Source: Lama glama
Lineage: Eukaryota
Direction of reading: 5' to 3'
DNA length: 64,000 nt
Assembly: GCA_028534125.1 (NCBI GenBank)
Contig: CM052817.1
Span: forward strand, 13,580,001-13,644,000
A program made the position numbers and the translations under genes. Of this stretch, positions 24,866 through 36,875 are shown one piece after another (within the stretch, counting starts at the first letter, position 1; each line of letters begins with the position of its first letter). The notes under the pieces were generated by a model, which was given only the letters and a program-made list of their open reading frames with translations, searched no databases and was not told where the DNA came from.

Positions 24866-25569
24866 AAAAAAGATCTGTCTCTCCAATTATACCCAGACAT
24901 TTAGATGACAACATCTGAATCTGTGTTGTTACAAAATATCTTAGGATTTGGTTGTTAGAACATTTGACTTATTTTAATTCAACAAACATGTATAGAACAT
25001 CTCTTATAGTCCAGGCACTGTGCCAAGCACTGGTGAGAAGGTTTGGTAGGAAAGTCACTGTTTGGTAAAAAGAAAAACTGACAAATGCTGCCAAAATTTT
25101 TAATAGAGATAAATGCCAGGCCCTCCTGGGTCTTTGGTATAATTGACCATATGATCTTAAGGAAGGAGAACCATTTCAGGCAAAGCCTTTGCTCTCTGTA
25201 TCTCAGCAGTTTCAACTCTAAAAAGTGAGTAAAATCACATTATAAAATTCATTTTCAGGTAATGTGACAAAATACAAAAACATCTGGAAAATTAAAAGCT
25301 CTGTTCTTTTACCAGGTATTTGCATAGCGTCTTCAGCAGAGGAGTGATGGCAGATGAAGGTGGAAAATTACTTACTGACCTCATTGTGGAAACCTTTATT
25401 TCATGCCTGTCATTTAGACCTTAATTGCTAGCAATGAGCAACTCTTGAAGATTTTAAAGAGAGCCAGGTTGTGATTAGACATGTGGTTTAAAATGCTCTC
25501 TCTGATAGTCGCACCCACGACAGATGAGATAGTGAAAGAGATGTTTGTTGCTAGATTTCAGAATGCACA

Positions 25570-25995
25570 TGTTATGGGCTAAATTGTGTCCACTCCCCGT
25601 GCCCTCCTAGGGTCAGATGTTGAAGTCCTGACCTCCATTAGCTCAGAGAGTGACCTTATTTGGAGATAGGGCCTTTCCAGAGGTAAGCAAGTTAGAGTGA
25701 GGTCATTAGGGTGGGTTCTAATCCAGTATGACTGGTGTCCTGATAAAAAGGAGACATTCGGACACAGAGTCCTGCATAGAGGGAGGATGATGTAGACAGA
25801 TGGAGAGAAAATGTCTATCAAAAACCCAGTGGGGGAGGCCTGGAACAGGTCCTTCCCTCACAGTCCTCAGAAGGAACTGAGCCTGCTGACACCTTGATCT
25901 TGGACTTCCAGCCTCTGGAACTGTGACAATAAATTTCTGTTGTGTAAGCCACCCAGTCTGCAGTACTTTGTTACACACCATGGCAGACTAGCAGA
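25570..25995 (+). mobile_element. MaLR solo LTR (MLT1A/B-like)
   Basis: tgttatgggctaaattgtgtcc...gtgaccttatttggagatagggcc...gacaccttgatcttggacttccagcctctggaactgtgacaataaatttctgttgtgtaagccacccagt. Near-TSD gcaca/gaaca. Confidence 0.93.
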
Positions 25996-26119
25996 GAACA
26001 CTGGAGGGTTAGTGAGGGGTCCGAGTAGTCTCGTAAAGGTTCTGGAAAGGCAGGAGGGTCCGGTGGAGAGTGTGCACATTCTAAGCTGGAACAGATACGT
26101 TTCAGGTACATGACTTTAG

Positions 26120-26262
26120 AGAAGATAGATACGTAATCTCTCTCAGTGTTGGTTTTTCAGCCAGGAAGAATGCCCGTTTTGTAGGTTTGTTGTGACAATT
26201 TGAGACAGTAAATATCAAGCACAATGCCTGGCATATAGGAGATGCTAAGTAAATATGATTGC
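26120..26262 (+). mobile_element. MIR 3' part
   Basis: ggtttgttgtgacaatttgaga...gcacaatgcctggcatataggagatgctaagtaaat. Confidence 0.7.
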
Positions 26263-27899
26263 TGCTGTTGATGGTAATGACAGAAGTAATTTTTTTTAAA
26301 AAATATTATTTTAAAGCTTATAAAGTACTAGAAATTCTACAGATAATAACCTAACATTGGATACCAATCTTCCAACCACCTGAGTGACACAAGAAGATTC
26401 CTAGGTAGAAAGTTTGTAGGGAGGGACACTGGCTTTCATTTGAAATCACCAAAAATGTTCCTGAAAATTAATTCTACATGTTTTGTCTGCAGCCTCTAGG
26501 AATGAAGTCAATCTTATAATCATTCTCTTCCAGGAGCCAGACAGAGATTTTTTCTCAGAATACACTGACATTTGTCTATTTGGGCATCTCCTTTCCCAGC
26601 CTAGTTGTTCCTGGAGGACAGAAACCATGTTTTGGTCTTTTTTCCCCTGAGTAGCTAGCATAGAACATGTAGTTGTAAGATTTCAGAAATATTTGATGGT
26701 TGCATAAAAAATGAATTAATGTAGAAGTCCATCTTTGTCTTTTTTTTAGGCACAAGAAAATTTGCAATGTCTGATGAAGAAATTTGGGAATGCTCTGCTC
26801 AACAGATCAAATAATCTGAATTCAAATAATCTTACACAAAGTATAAATACTCTCCTTCAAGAAAACAAATAAATGAGCTAATTATTATTTTGATTTCTTG
26901 AATTTGTGTAAGCATATTGACTGTCCTTTATGACTGGATTACCGCATTCTGTTGATTCTTATTTTGTAGTTAGCTTTATTCCTTTGATAACTATGTAAGT
27001 TTAAAAAGCTAAAGATCTAATCTGTTCTTAGAAACAATAATCTGTACATATATGAAAATAAAAAAAGTGCAGTATACTATAGATATGTATTTACATGCAA
27101 TATAATGTGTATGTGCAGTCAAACTGTAATAATTCTACATAATAAAACTGAAAGGGGGTGGGGAGCAACACAGTTAAAGTGCAAATCTTCCTTGGAAATC
27201 TGTTTTAGCCAGCCAATTCATTTGAGTAAAATCTAATAAACTATAGATATGTGGTAAAGACGATCAGGTTGGAGCCCTTTTGTCTTAACATAACCAGTGT
27301 GGCCTGTCCTTCAGATTGGGGATAATTCTCACATGACATAGATATTTTCTGCAGGTAAGACATTTTAGTTTTCCTTCTTTCGAAGAAAGTTCTCAGGCAT
27401 TATTAAAGGCAAAAGCATGGAGACACTTGTGGTGCATGTTTTCTTCTTTGTGAATTATTTATTTTTGGATGAATTGAAAGGGATGTTACACAAGCTCATC
27501 TCTGCTGTTGCCTGCTCCCCTGCTCCGCTGTCAGACAGAGGCGTGCTGATCTGACAGAGGCTTCCTCTGTGAAATATTCCAGGGCATCACAGCCTCTCTA
27601 CTGGAAAACTGGGCAACATCTATTTTGCACTGTAAGTCTACATAGTCTCCTCTGGGTACAGATGAAGAATGCTCCACATACTTAGGACTAATTGGTTTCT
27701 CTGGTGTGAAAAGGATTAACGGGTACCAGATACAGCATTAGCTCAAGCTGTGCACAGCCTGGACTGAAGCTGAACCAAGTCTACCCTTCTTTTTCTTTCT
27801 TTAATTTTTTGGGGGGAGCCATTTTTATAGTATTTCCTCTGAGAACATGAAACGCACACTGTAATCCTGAATCCATCATGGATCTCACTACCCTGCCCT

Positions 27900-28020
27900 A
27901 GTTTTTCAGTACATTTACTGGATTTCTACTGTATTCCAGGTGTTGTGCGAGGTCCTGGGAATTCAGCAGCACACAAGACAGCCATGTTCTCTGTCCCCTC
28001 GGAGCCTGCAGTCTAGCCAC
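27900..28020 (-). mobile_element. L2 3' tail
   Basis: catttactggatttctactgtattccagg...ctgggaattcagcag...ccctcggagcctgcagtctag. Confidence 0.7.
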
Positions 28021-29599
28021 GGTGGTCTCACCTTGCCTCCTTCTCTTTCTTCTCTTCTCCCTTTCACTGACTTGGCTCTTCCTCCTTGAGATGTCACGGT
28101 TTAGCATTGCAGGAGGCACTCTCTTAGCCATCTTTGCCTTCTATCAGGCATGAGGAAACTCACAATGTCCAGCAAAGAAATTTAGGAGTGCTATGCTCAA
28201 CAGATCACCGCCCTAAAGTCAAACCATCTTCCACGATTATACCCAAGAATGCATCCTACGTCAAAATCAGGGGTTATATAATTAAGCCTAGACTCAACCC
28301 AAAAACCCACAAGGGAAGTCTAAAGAGTTGGGAAAACTGAATCTGTAAGAAAAAGGGTCCATGGCAAGTAAGCCACGTATAAATAAGATCCGATCTGGAG
28401 CCCAGGTACTGCAGGCTAAAACTCTCTTCTGTCAAGGCACAAACACACAGAGGTGCTCAGACAAGGCATCCAGGGGTAAAGACCCAATGGTGGGAGGTCC
28501 TACTACTTTGTTCTTTTCTCTATTACAGATAATGATCAAGAAAGTTGTGGCCGTCAGGATTAACAGCAGGGCAGATGTGAGAGAAAAAGATCATAATGGT
28601 AGCAACAATATTGATAACTGGTCTACCATGTTTTACACTCTGACCTGCCTCATTTCGTGTTTTATGAGAGAAAGGAGCCAGGCAGTCCTGAGCGTCAGCC
28701 CACCAACATTAGCTCTTGGAGAGCAGAGTCTCTGTTGTACTCACCATTTGCATTCCAGCTACCTAGCCCCGACTTAGAGCATGGCGGGCGTTCAGTGGAT
28801 GGCTGTGAATGAACGGATGGCCTATTGTTCTCCTGCCTCCGGGCTGAGTGTCCATGGAGCAGTCCCTGCTCTTTTCTCACTTTCGTATAAATAGGAGTGT
28901 TATTTTGAAGGTCAAATGAGAAAGCACCTCGCTTCATAAATGTTTTCTTTTTAAAGTATTATCATTATCTCTGACTGCCTTCCTCTATCACCAAACTTTA
29001 ATTCAGTTGTTAACTGCACAATATTAAAACCGGCCTCAGAAACCCAATTCAGGCTTTGACATCACTCCATGTAAAAAGATCTTCTCCACTTTCAAGGACC
29101 TTGCTTTAACGTCTGAAGAGGAACTGGTCTCTACCTTTTTCTATCACCGAAATGTTTATTAAATGGCTTCAGGCATTTCAAATGAAGGAATTCTAAAAAT
29201 GAAAATTACAGCATTACTATGCCATTCTTAACGAATTAAATTAATTAAGAATGTAATTTTCACACACTGAAATTTATAATATCAAACTGTATGCAATTAT
29301 ACGCAACTTTCAAGAGAAATGAGAGAGAAGCCTCTTTGATTTTTCTATTTTACCAAAGTTATTCAGTTTTAAAGCCACTTGTTGTGTAAGATATTTTAAT
29401 TCTGCTGGGCTAAATAGCATACTCAATTGTCCCCTGACAGTCCTATAAATAGAGACTAGAAAAAATCATTTGTCATTGTATGTCCAGGCTAAGATGTTTG
29501 ATATTTTTAAGATTTGTACAATAACATTAATAATAATCTCATAGTGTAGTACTTCTCAACTTTAAATGCTTTCATTTCTATCTTTATACAATCTTATCA

Positions 29600-30110
29600 G
29601 GCTGAGAACATTCTATGCGGAAAGGATAACCCAGCATAGTTTAACATCATGGAAATGCATATTTGTGGAACAGTGTGAAATTCAAAGTGGCTGGAACAAA
29701 GGATGCATAGTGGGAGAGGCAGGGTGCAGCTGGAATTAGGTCTGGCAGATTTTGATGGGACACACATTACACCGAGGGGCCAGGTCATAGTCACTGTGGA
29801 AAACGGAGAGTTACAGAGAATGATCTACTTGTATTTTCAGAAAGATAACCCTTGAAGAGGGGTCATCTTTTTGATGGATTTGAATAAGAGAAAACATTGA
29901 AACAGAAATATCAGTTGATTCCATAGTCCAGGCAAGAGCAGACAAAAAGCTGAACAAAGGTATTAGCATTGGGGAAAAACAAAGATACCAGATTCAAGAG
30001 GTGTTCCCTGAGGCAAAATTGACAAGACTGGAGGGAGAGAAATCTAAGGTAGGACGGGGTTGAAAGACATGGCTGATGAGAGTGCAGTGAAAGCAGAGAA
30101 TGATATAAAG
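29600..30110 (-). mobile_element. Degraded L2
   Basis: aaagtggctggaacaaagg...tgtattttcagaaagataacc...atagtccaggcaagag...ggcaaaattgacaagact. Confidence 0.65.
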
Positions 30111-30189
30111 AAGGTTGCTTTGGCCGCCATTTGCAATTTTTGAATCAAAAGAGATGCACCATGGATTTACAATGACCACTAGTAAAATG

Positions 30190-30345
30190 TCTAGATTTCT
30201 ATAGTGCCTTAAGTTGTTTATAGTATTTTCAAATACGTTTTCTTATTAGAGCCACACAATAACCCTGTGAAACAGGTGGCTACACAGATAAGGAAACAAA
30301 GGCTCAGAGAAGGATTTAGGCAGTAAGATCACCTGGTAATAAGGC
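30190..30345 (-). mobile_element. MIR SINE
   Basis: cacaataaccctgtgaaacagg...cagataaggaaacaaaggctcagaga. Confidence 0.75.
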
Positions 30346-31074
30346 GAAGATTCTTATTTGCTTATCATGTCACATTACTTTTTATGAAACACATCCAGTG
30401 ACATACAGAAAGGTATATTTAGAAACAGACCATTTGGAATGATCAAATTTAGGACATATTTGGATGCTTGATATCTGATTTTTATTTTAAAAAGTAGAAT
30501 TATAGAATTGAAATTATGAAGAATTGTAACTATAAATAAATTCAGTTGTTAAATGCACAATATTATTTTTACGCATCCAGATTTTTTTATGTAATATGTT
30601 ATCCTTTTGAAATAAGAGCAACAATGAATAAGTTTTGTTGAATTGCTAGAAGCAGTTGTTGAAGGGTCTGTGTAGTTTATGTTAACAGTTGAATATTTAT
30701 GAATGGCTATCTCTACTGTATTTGCTCATGAGACTTTTGGTATCTTTTGGAGCCAAGAATTATGGTCTCAATAAACAGGCATCAGAATCCCAAAGACAAT
30801 TACCATATGTCTCCTGAGTCATCAGTGAATAGTTCTGCTAACAAGTTTATCTTTCTTTTTATATACAAACCACATATTTGACATGTATCTGTTAGAAGAG
30901 AAATTACTGAAAGATACAACTTATTCTATCCCTTCAATTGTCAACTATTAGAATAATAGTCTATTGATGTCTTAATTATTAAATTAGAATTTCATGGTGA
31001 AACCCAAACTAGTTAATTTAATCAAGATGAAGTATATTTTGTGATGCCTTTGTTTTGATATATAACTGATTTTC

Positions 31075-31273
31075 TCCATCAACAGGTGACTGGATAAAGA
31101 AGATGTGGTATATTTATACAATGGAATACTACTCAGCCATAAAAACCGACAACATAATGCCATTTGCAGCAACATGGATGCTCCTAGAGAATGTCATTCT
31201 AAGTGAAGTAAGCCAGAAAGAGAAAGAAAAATACCATATGAGATCGCTCATATGTGGAATCTAAAAAACAAAA
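31075..31273 (+). mobile_element. Young camelid-type L1 3' fragment, cut by the assembly gap
   Basis: gactggataaagaagatgtggtatatttatacaatggaatactactcagccat...gccatttgcagcaacatggatg...aagtgaagtaagccagaaagagaaagaaaaataccatatg; similar to the reverse complement of 14450-14630. Confidence 0.93.
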
Positions 31274-31773
31274 NNNNNNNNNNNNNNNNNNNNNNNNNNN
31301 NNNNNNNNNNNNNNNNNNNNNNNNNNNNNNNNNNNNNNNNNNNNNNNNNNNNNNNNNNNNNNNNNNNNNNNNNNNNNNNNNNNNNNNNNNNNNNNNNNNN
31401 NNNNNNNNNNNNNNNNNNNNNNNNNNNNNNNNNNNNNNNNNNNNNNNNNNNNNNNNNNNNNNNNNNNNNNNNNNNNNNNNNNNNNNNNNNNNNNNNNNNN
31501 NNNNNNNNNNNNNNNNNNNNNNNNNNNNNNNNNNNNNNNNNNNNNNNNNNNNNNNNNNNNNNNNNNNNNNNNNNNNNNNNNNNNNNNNNNNNNNNNNNNN
31601 NNNNNNNNNNNNNNNNNNNNNNNNNNNNNNNNNNNNNNNNNNNNNNNNNNNNNNNNNNNNNNNNNNNNNNNNNNNNNNNNNNNNNNNNNNNNNNNNNNNN
31701 NNNNNNNNNNNNNNNNNNNNNNNNNNNNNNNNNNNNNNNNNNNNNNNNNNNNNNNNNNNNNNNNNNNNNNNNN
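31274..31773. other. Assembly gap (500 N)
   Basis: Run of exactly 500 n. Confidence 1.
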
Positions 31774-32429
31774 GTGTATAACATAGGCCAAGCGAGGATG
31801 TCACATTTAATCCTAAGGTACTTCTGTCTGTGCAAGGACAGATGGCCTCTGGAAATGCAGTATTAGCTATTCAGTTACTTTTTCCAATTAAGAGACACAA
31901 CCTGGAATAAATAAGGTGCAGACAACCATTTCATGTTCTGTTCTATCTCACTGATTTCCATTCACAGAAAACTTCATCGCTGTGTAGAGCAATTAGGTAG
32001 GTGCTAACATGGCAGTGTTAAAATAATTTATTTTTCAGATTTTCTTTACATACTTTCCCTTTCATAAAACACTTTCCCATTGGAAAACAGAAAACATATC
32101 TCTTGCCCATTCTAGAAACTTATTATGGTGGATGGCCCTGGGGCTTAAATCCCTCCTGAGTGTCAAGTACAGGGACAATACTAAACACTGTTCACCAGCT
32201 GGATGCCAACCCTAGAGGAACGAATCATTTTCAAAGCCAATTTCTAATTCTTGGCTTTCAACAAAATTGATAGGGGACATAGTCAACTTGTCAGCTGAGA
32301 GACTGTCAAAAATTATTTTTCATTCACTAGGTGATTTTTGACAAACAAATTGGAAGGAGTTCAAAGAATTATAACACACTTTTAACAAAACTCACTCTTT
32401 TCCAATCTACTTGCTGAACTTCAGAGGGC

Positions 32430-32830
32430 CATATAGAGCCAGATTCTGGCTGAATTCAGACTCCGTTGCTTACTTACCTGTGTGACTACAGGAATATATC
32501 GACTTCTCTATGCCTACATTTCAAATTCTAATAGCCAGCACTATAGGCAGGCACTTCAGATGTATTAATCTACACTACCCTCACAATAACTCTGTGGGGT
32601 GGGTAATGTTATCATTTTATTTTACATAAAGAAACTGAAACTCAGGGAGCTAAAAATGGTGAATATAAATGCAAATATTTTAAAGTGGCAAAATTTAAAA
32701 ATTATCCAAAGGGAAAAAGAATACTACTTCACTAATAGGGCTACATAGTGAGGATCAAACAAGTTCAGTAGAGCAGCAAACATTCGGACCCACGCTTAGC
32801 ACCCAACAAACACTCTGTGAGTTTACCTGT
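32430..32830. mobile_element. MIR (+) interrupted by a MIR (-) at ~32535-32650
   Basis: gagccagattctggctgaattc...cctgtgtgac; cctcacaataactctgtg...aagaaactgaaactcagggag; gtgaggatcaaac...cttagcacccaacaaac. Confidence 0.6.
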
Positions 32831-33509
32831 TGTTCCTATTTCTGTGAACAAAAATTTTCAGCACTTATATCCATAAGAATGTAAAGGAGAAATATAATCG
32901 ATGTTTAGCTCATTCGTATTCTGACAGTTAACACAAGTCTTCCATGGAAATGTGAACCAAAACACAACATTTCAATGAAATTTTGTCCTTTTAAAAAGTT
33001 ATTTTCAAAATTTGAAATAAGTTATTTTGATCAACTATTAATGATTGTTATTCATCTCAACTGAAAAATTAAAAAGAATTGAATTCTTGTAGCATAATTT
33101 TAAAAAATTAGTTGCAATTTATATAGGTAATTTTCTTGCAGAGAAATATGATAGCATGATGAAGAAAAGGCTTTCAACCATAAAAATACATATATTATAC
33201 TTAGATACATTTCTGTGGAAAAAGTAGAATAAAAGCTGAACATTTTGGCCTCAAGAAAAATAATGAATGTATGATGGTATCAATTTGCTATAGCAGTTAG
33301 ATGCAACATAATAAATACATTTAAAAGATGGATGAAACATTTTAAAGGTCTATATTTGCAGTATGATGGGAATTATAACATCCAGAACTACACTAATTAA
33401 TTAAACTTATGATGAAAACATTCCAATTTCAATTAAAAATGTGTGAGTGTGTATAGTTGCTCAAAGTTATTTTAGGAATATGAGCAAAAAAAAGGAATCC
33501 TGTTTAAAG

Positions 33510-33700
33510 AACAGTAGACTTGGATGCAGAAGACTCACATTTCAGGCCTGCTTTAGTGACTGTTAACTACTTTTAGGGCCTTGGGAAATTGACTTAATGT
33601 CTCTGAACTTCAATTTTTTACCTGTAAAATGGGATTCGTTATTGAATTTAAACTTAAAAATATATGAAAATTTGTTAAAAACTCTGAAGTACTCTGTAAG
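33510..33700 (+). mobile_element. MIR SINE
   Basis: ggccttgggaaattgacttaatgtctctgaacttcaatttttta-cctgtaaaatgggatt. Confidence 0.8.
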
Positions 33701-33931
33701 TATGAAAGTACAGAATAACCAACCAAGAAAAGTACCTGAAAATGTTTCTTGCAAGATTCTTAAAGCCCAAGATGTGGAATTCTTTCAAATGTGTTAAATG
33801 TTCTTTAAAATTATTATTTATAGAATTTATTTTACAAGTTTTGTTCTCCTGGTGTACAAAATGAGTCTGAAGTTGTCTCTGAAAACTTAAATATATCTAA
33901 CTGCTTATGGTCCACAGTTGAACTTGTGAGG

Positions 33932-33963
33932 GTTTTTGTTTTTGTTTTTGTTTTTGTTTTTTT
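33932..33963. repeat. (GTTTTT)n simple repeat
   Basis: About 5 units. Confidence 0.9.
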
Positions 33964-34716
33964 AACTGTGACTGCAAAGTTAGGAGATGGATTTTCCTCC
34001 TTGGATTGTAAACTGGCTCTGTAGACAATTTCAAAAGGGTAATTCACCAAAAGATTCTATCAGTATCATCAGAATCAGAGAAATTTTTTTAAGGTCATTT
34101 CATTAAAAGCTAAGAAGCATTTACATCTATAAATCCTGGAACTTTTGCTAAAAAAACTGTCTCTGCGTTACAGTCACAAGTTGCATTTTTATTTTCTTAT
34201 TTACTTGTAGGAGAAAACACCCCAAGTCACACCTGGTACAAAACTAACACCATGAGCAGACCAGCTACACAGCGATGTTTGAAAAAAGTTAGAAATTCAC
34301 TCAAGAAACTCAACTCTTGTGTCACTCTGTGAATTTCCACACCACCCCTATTATTTTATTGTCATTTTTTTCTATTTTGGAAATAGGATCTTTGCAGTGG
34401 ATAGTGAATCATTAGTATCTTCTCAATGGCATGTTGTCTACATTCTTCATTGGACAGAACATCACAAAAAAATGCGCAGATACTTAGCTCATAATTTGTA
34501 AGAGTAACTCTCTCAGTCCCTGAATAGCAAAGTGAATAAATGAAAGGATTACACACAAAGGAACTGTCATTGTATGAATTAGTATCGATTTTCAGCTCCA
34601 CATGGACCATAGTGGCATAACCAAATAAGTGTTCATTTCTACAAAACAGAAGTGTAGAAGTAGGAACTTCCATTGAAACCTTCTAAACCTAACTGCAATA
34701 CTATCAGTATTATACT

Positions 34717-34784
34717 AGGAATTTAGGTTAGACCAGACCAAGAACCTTCAAAGCTCTAAGCAAGTACAAAATACTTAATTCCTG
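34717..34784 (+). pseudogene. Nuclear copy of mitochondrial tRNA-Trp (anticodon TCA)
   Basis: aggaatttaggttagaccagaccaagaaccttcaaagctctaagcaagtacaaaatacttaattcctg. Acceptor stem aggaatt/aattcct; anticodon tca at 34748-34750. Confidence 0.92.
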
Positions 34785-34789
34785 TCCAA

Positions 34790-34858
34790 TAAGGACTGCA
34801 AGACTCTATCCTACATCAATTGAATGCAAGTCAACCACTTTAATTAAGCTAAGCCCTT
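34790..34858 (-). pseudogene. Nuclear copy of mitochondrial tRNA-Ala (anticodon TGC)
   Basis: Plus strand taaggactgcaagactctatcctacatcaattgaatgcaagtcaaccactttaattaagctaagccctt; anticodon complement gca at 34826-34828. Confidence 0.92.
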
Positions 34859-35769
34859 TCTAGATTGGTTCATGGTAATCCGTGGCTTTCTTTCTCTTGC
34901 TCATAGATGGCTACTATAGATACCTCCAGTCATCCTACCAACATTACAGTCAAAAAGAAGGGGAAGTTTGAAGGGCAAAGGCAGGTGCCAACTGAGTCTG
35001 TTCCCTCTCCTCCCCCTCCTCCTCCTTCCCCTCCTTCTCTTCTTCTGAATTGAGAAATCAATAGTTTGTCTGGAAATTCTACCCAGTGGACCAAAAGACT
35101 TCCACTTGTAGCTCATTGTTTGAACTGCATTATATGATTATCTCTAACAGCAAGAAAGCCTGGTTGATTGTATTATCTAGGCTCATTGCTGCCCCAATTA
35201 AAATTGGTGTTCTGTAAGTGACAAAGAAATGAGAATGGATAAAAGCAGCGCCTAGCCCTGTTTAATTCACTCAGCTTTAGCAATGCATTTTTAAAAAATT
35301 TCTTTTAAAGATTCACAAATGCACTCCAATTAAACTCCAATATATTCAATATATTTGTAGTTTTGTGGCATCTTGTCATGTACTTAACTGCATGTCCCTT
35401 CTCAGGATCAAATATTGTATCTTATTCTTCATTATGTAGCTACCAGTACATAGTGGGCAGTTACTCATGATTTATTCTTTTCTCAAATTAGGTTTGTATC
35501 ATTCCAACTCTGGGATATATTAAAATACCTAATACATTCCTAATGAGTTTTGAGTACATAATGGCTTGAATTATTGGCATATTAAGCGCTGACCACTAGT
35601 TAAACAGTCTTGAAGCTTCTGTACTTTGAGCCTAATTATCTTGATTTGATTGAGAGCATGAGATAGTCCATGTTATTTTTTTTATTGAATGAAAGATTCT
35701 TTAAATTCTATAGTGCTTTACAATTTTCAGAAGTTTTATATAAATGATTTCATATAAACCCACAGTAAC

Positions 35770-36031
35770 CCTTTCCCCCCACCACCCCTTTATTGCCCTC
35801 CCCCTTCCCTCTCTCTATGGGTAACCACTAGTTTGTTCTCTATAGCTGTGCCTGCTTCTTTCTTGTTTTATTCACTAGTTTGTTGTGTTTTTTAGCTTCC
35901 ACATATATTATGTCGTATAGTGTTTGTCTTTCTCTGTCTGACATATTTCACTTAGCATAATGTCCTCCAAGTCCATCCATATTGCTGCAAATGGCAAAAT
36001 TTCATTCTTTGTTATGGCTGAGTAGTATTCC

Positions 36032-36082
<51 letters not shown>

Positions 36083-36210
36083 CTCACATCATGTCTATCC
36101 ATTTATCTGTTGATGGACACTTAGGTCATTTCCATACCTTGGTAATTGTAAATAACACTGCTATGAACATTGGGGTGCATGTATCTTTTCTAATCAGCTT
36201 TTGTTTTCTT
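35770..36210 (-). mobile_element. L1 3' fragment (L1MA-like)
   Basis: gtaaccactagtttgttctct...atttcacttagcataatg...gctgcaaatggcaaaatttcattc...gatggacacttagg...ctatgaacattggggtgcatgtatc. Confidence 0.92.
36034..36080. repeat. (TG)n microsatellite inside the L1
   Basis: About 23 TG units. Confidence 0.95.
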
Positions 36211-36519
36211 TAAAAGCTGAAACTAAAAACGTGTTATGTTTTCATATTTCTAGGCCATTGCTTGAGTGTGGAAAACCTGCATACTATTTTCACAACCAAA
36301 GCACCTTGGATTGGTGAGCTTGAGTAGAACTCCTCTAAATGATTATACCAAGGGTCTGAGGACAAACTCTGTGTCAGACAAACTTTGGCTTGCCTGTTAT
36401 TTCTTCTAAATATCAGTTATGTGATTAGGCAGTAAGAGAATCCTCCAGTTGCACTGCCTCTTTATATACTTTTAAACTGGGATTTATTTTACTGTATTGA
36501 AAAATAACACTTTTTTTCT

Positions 36520-36612
36520 CTTTGTTTTCTTTTTTCAATCTATATCCCATGACCTAGCACAATCCTGGCACATAGTGGGTCAGAATAAATACTGAGTGAA
36601 TGGATGAATGGT
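36520..36612 (+). mobile_element. L2 3' tail
   Basis: cctagcacaatcctggcacatagtgggtcagaataaatactgagtgaatggatgaatg. Confidence 0.75.
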
Positions 36613-36875
36613 TTTGGGCCAGTTTCTAAGCCTCTGTACTATAGTTTCCTCATCAGTAAAGGCATATGTGAAAGTGCTAAACAGTAAGGGAAAGTATTAG
36701 AGTAAGGGAAGTAGAGTCATGGATTCCCCATCAGAACCACAGAACACAAAAAATGATCTGAGTGACTATTTTCTCAGTTCTTCCTAGAATAGAACAGAGC
36801 TAGTACCATGGACATGCACAGGAGAGAGACTAATTCATTATACATTATATAATCACACTTTACATCACACGTGCT

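Larger units (their letters stand above)
34688..34869 (+). pseudogene. NUMT: mitochondrial ND2 3' end, tRNA-Trp, tRNA-Ala, start of tRNA-Asn
   Basis: cta act gca ata cta tca gta tta tac tag = LTAMLSVLY* in the vertebrate mitochondrial code (34689-34718), followed by the W-A-N tRNAs in vertebrate mitochondrial order and polarity; ends at ctagattggt. Confidence 0.95.
34571..35250 (-). mobile_element. Old MaLR LTR (MLT1J/K/L-like), split by the NUMT
   Basis: Left part atagtggcataaccaaataagtgttcatttc...agaagtagg; right part agatggctac...aagacttccacttgtagctcattg...cagcaagaaagcctgg...aaaattggtgttctgt...gagaatggata. Confidence 0.55.

Noticed and set aside
28361..28777. 138-aa ATG-initiated ORF with an internal acceptor-like site
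   Set aside because: No recognisable domain, the 3' part runs into an L2 tail, and there is no convincing donor.
31199..31866. Five long ORFs (175-204 aa) in the ORF track
   Set aside because: They read through the 500-N gap and are artefacts.
34717..34858. Functional nuclear tRNA genes, including a UGA-suppressor or Sec tRNA (anticodon TCA)
   Set aside because: They have mitochondrial-type structure and gene order, lack canonical Pol III boxes, and carry a stem mismatch; they are part of the NUMT.
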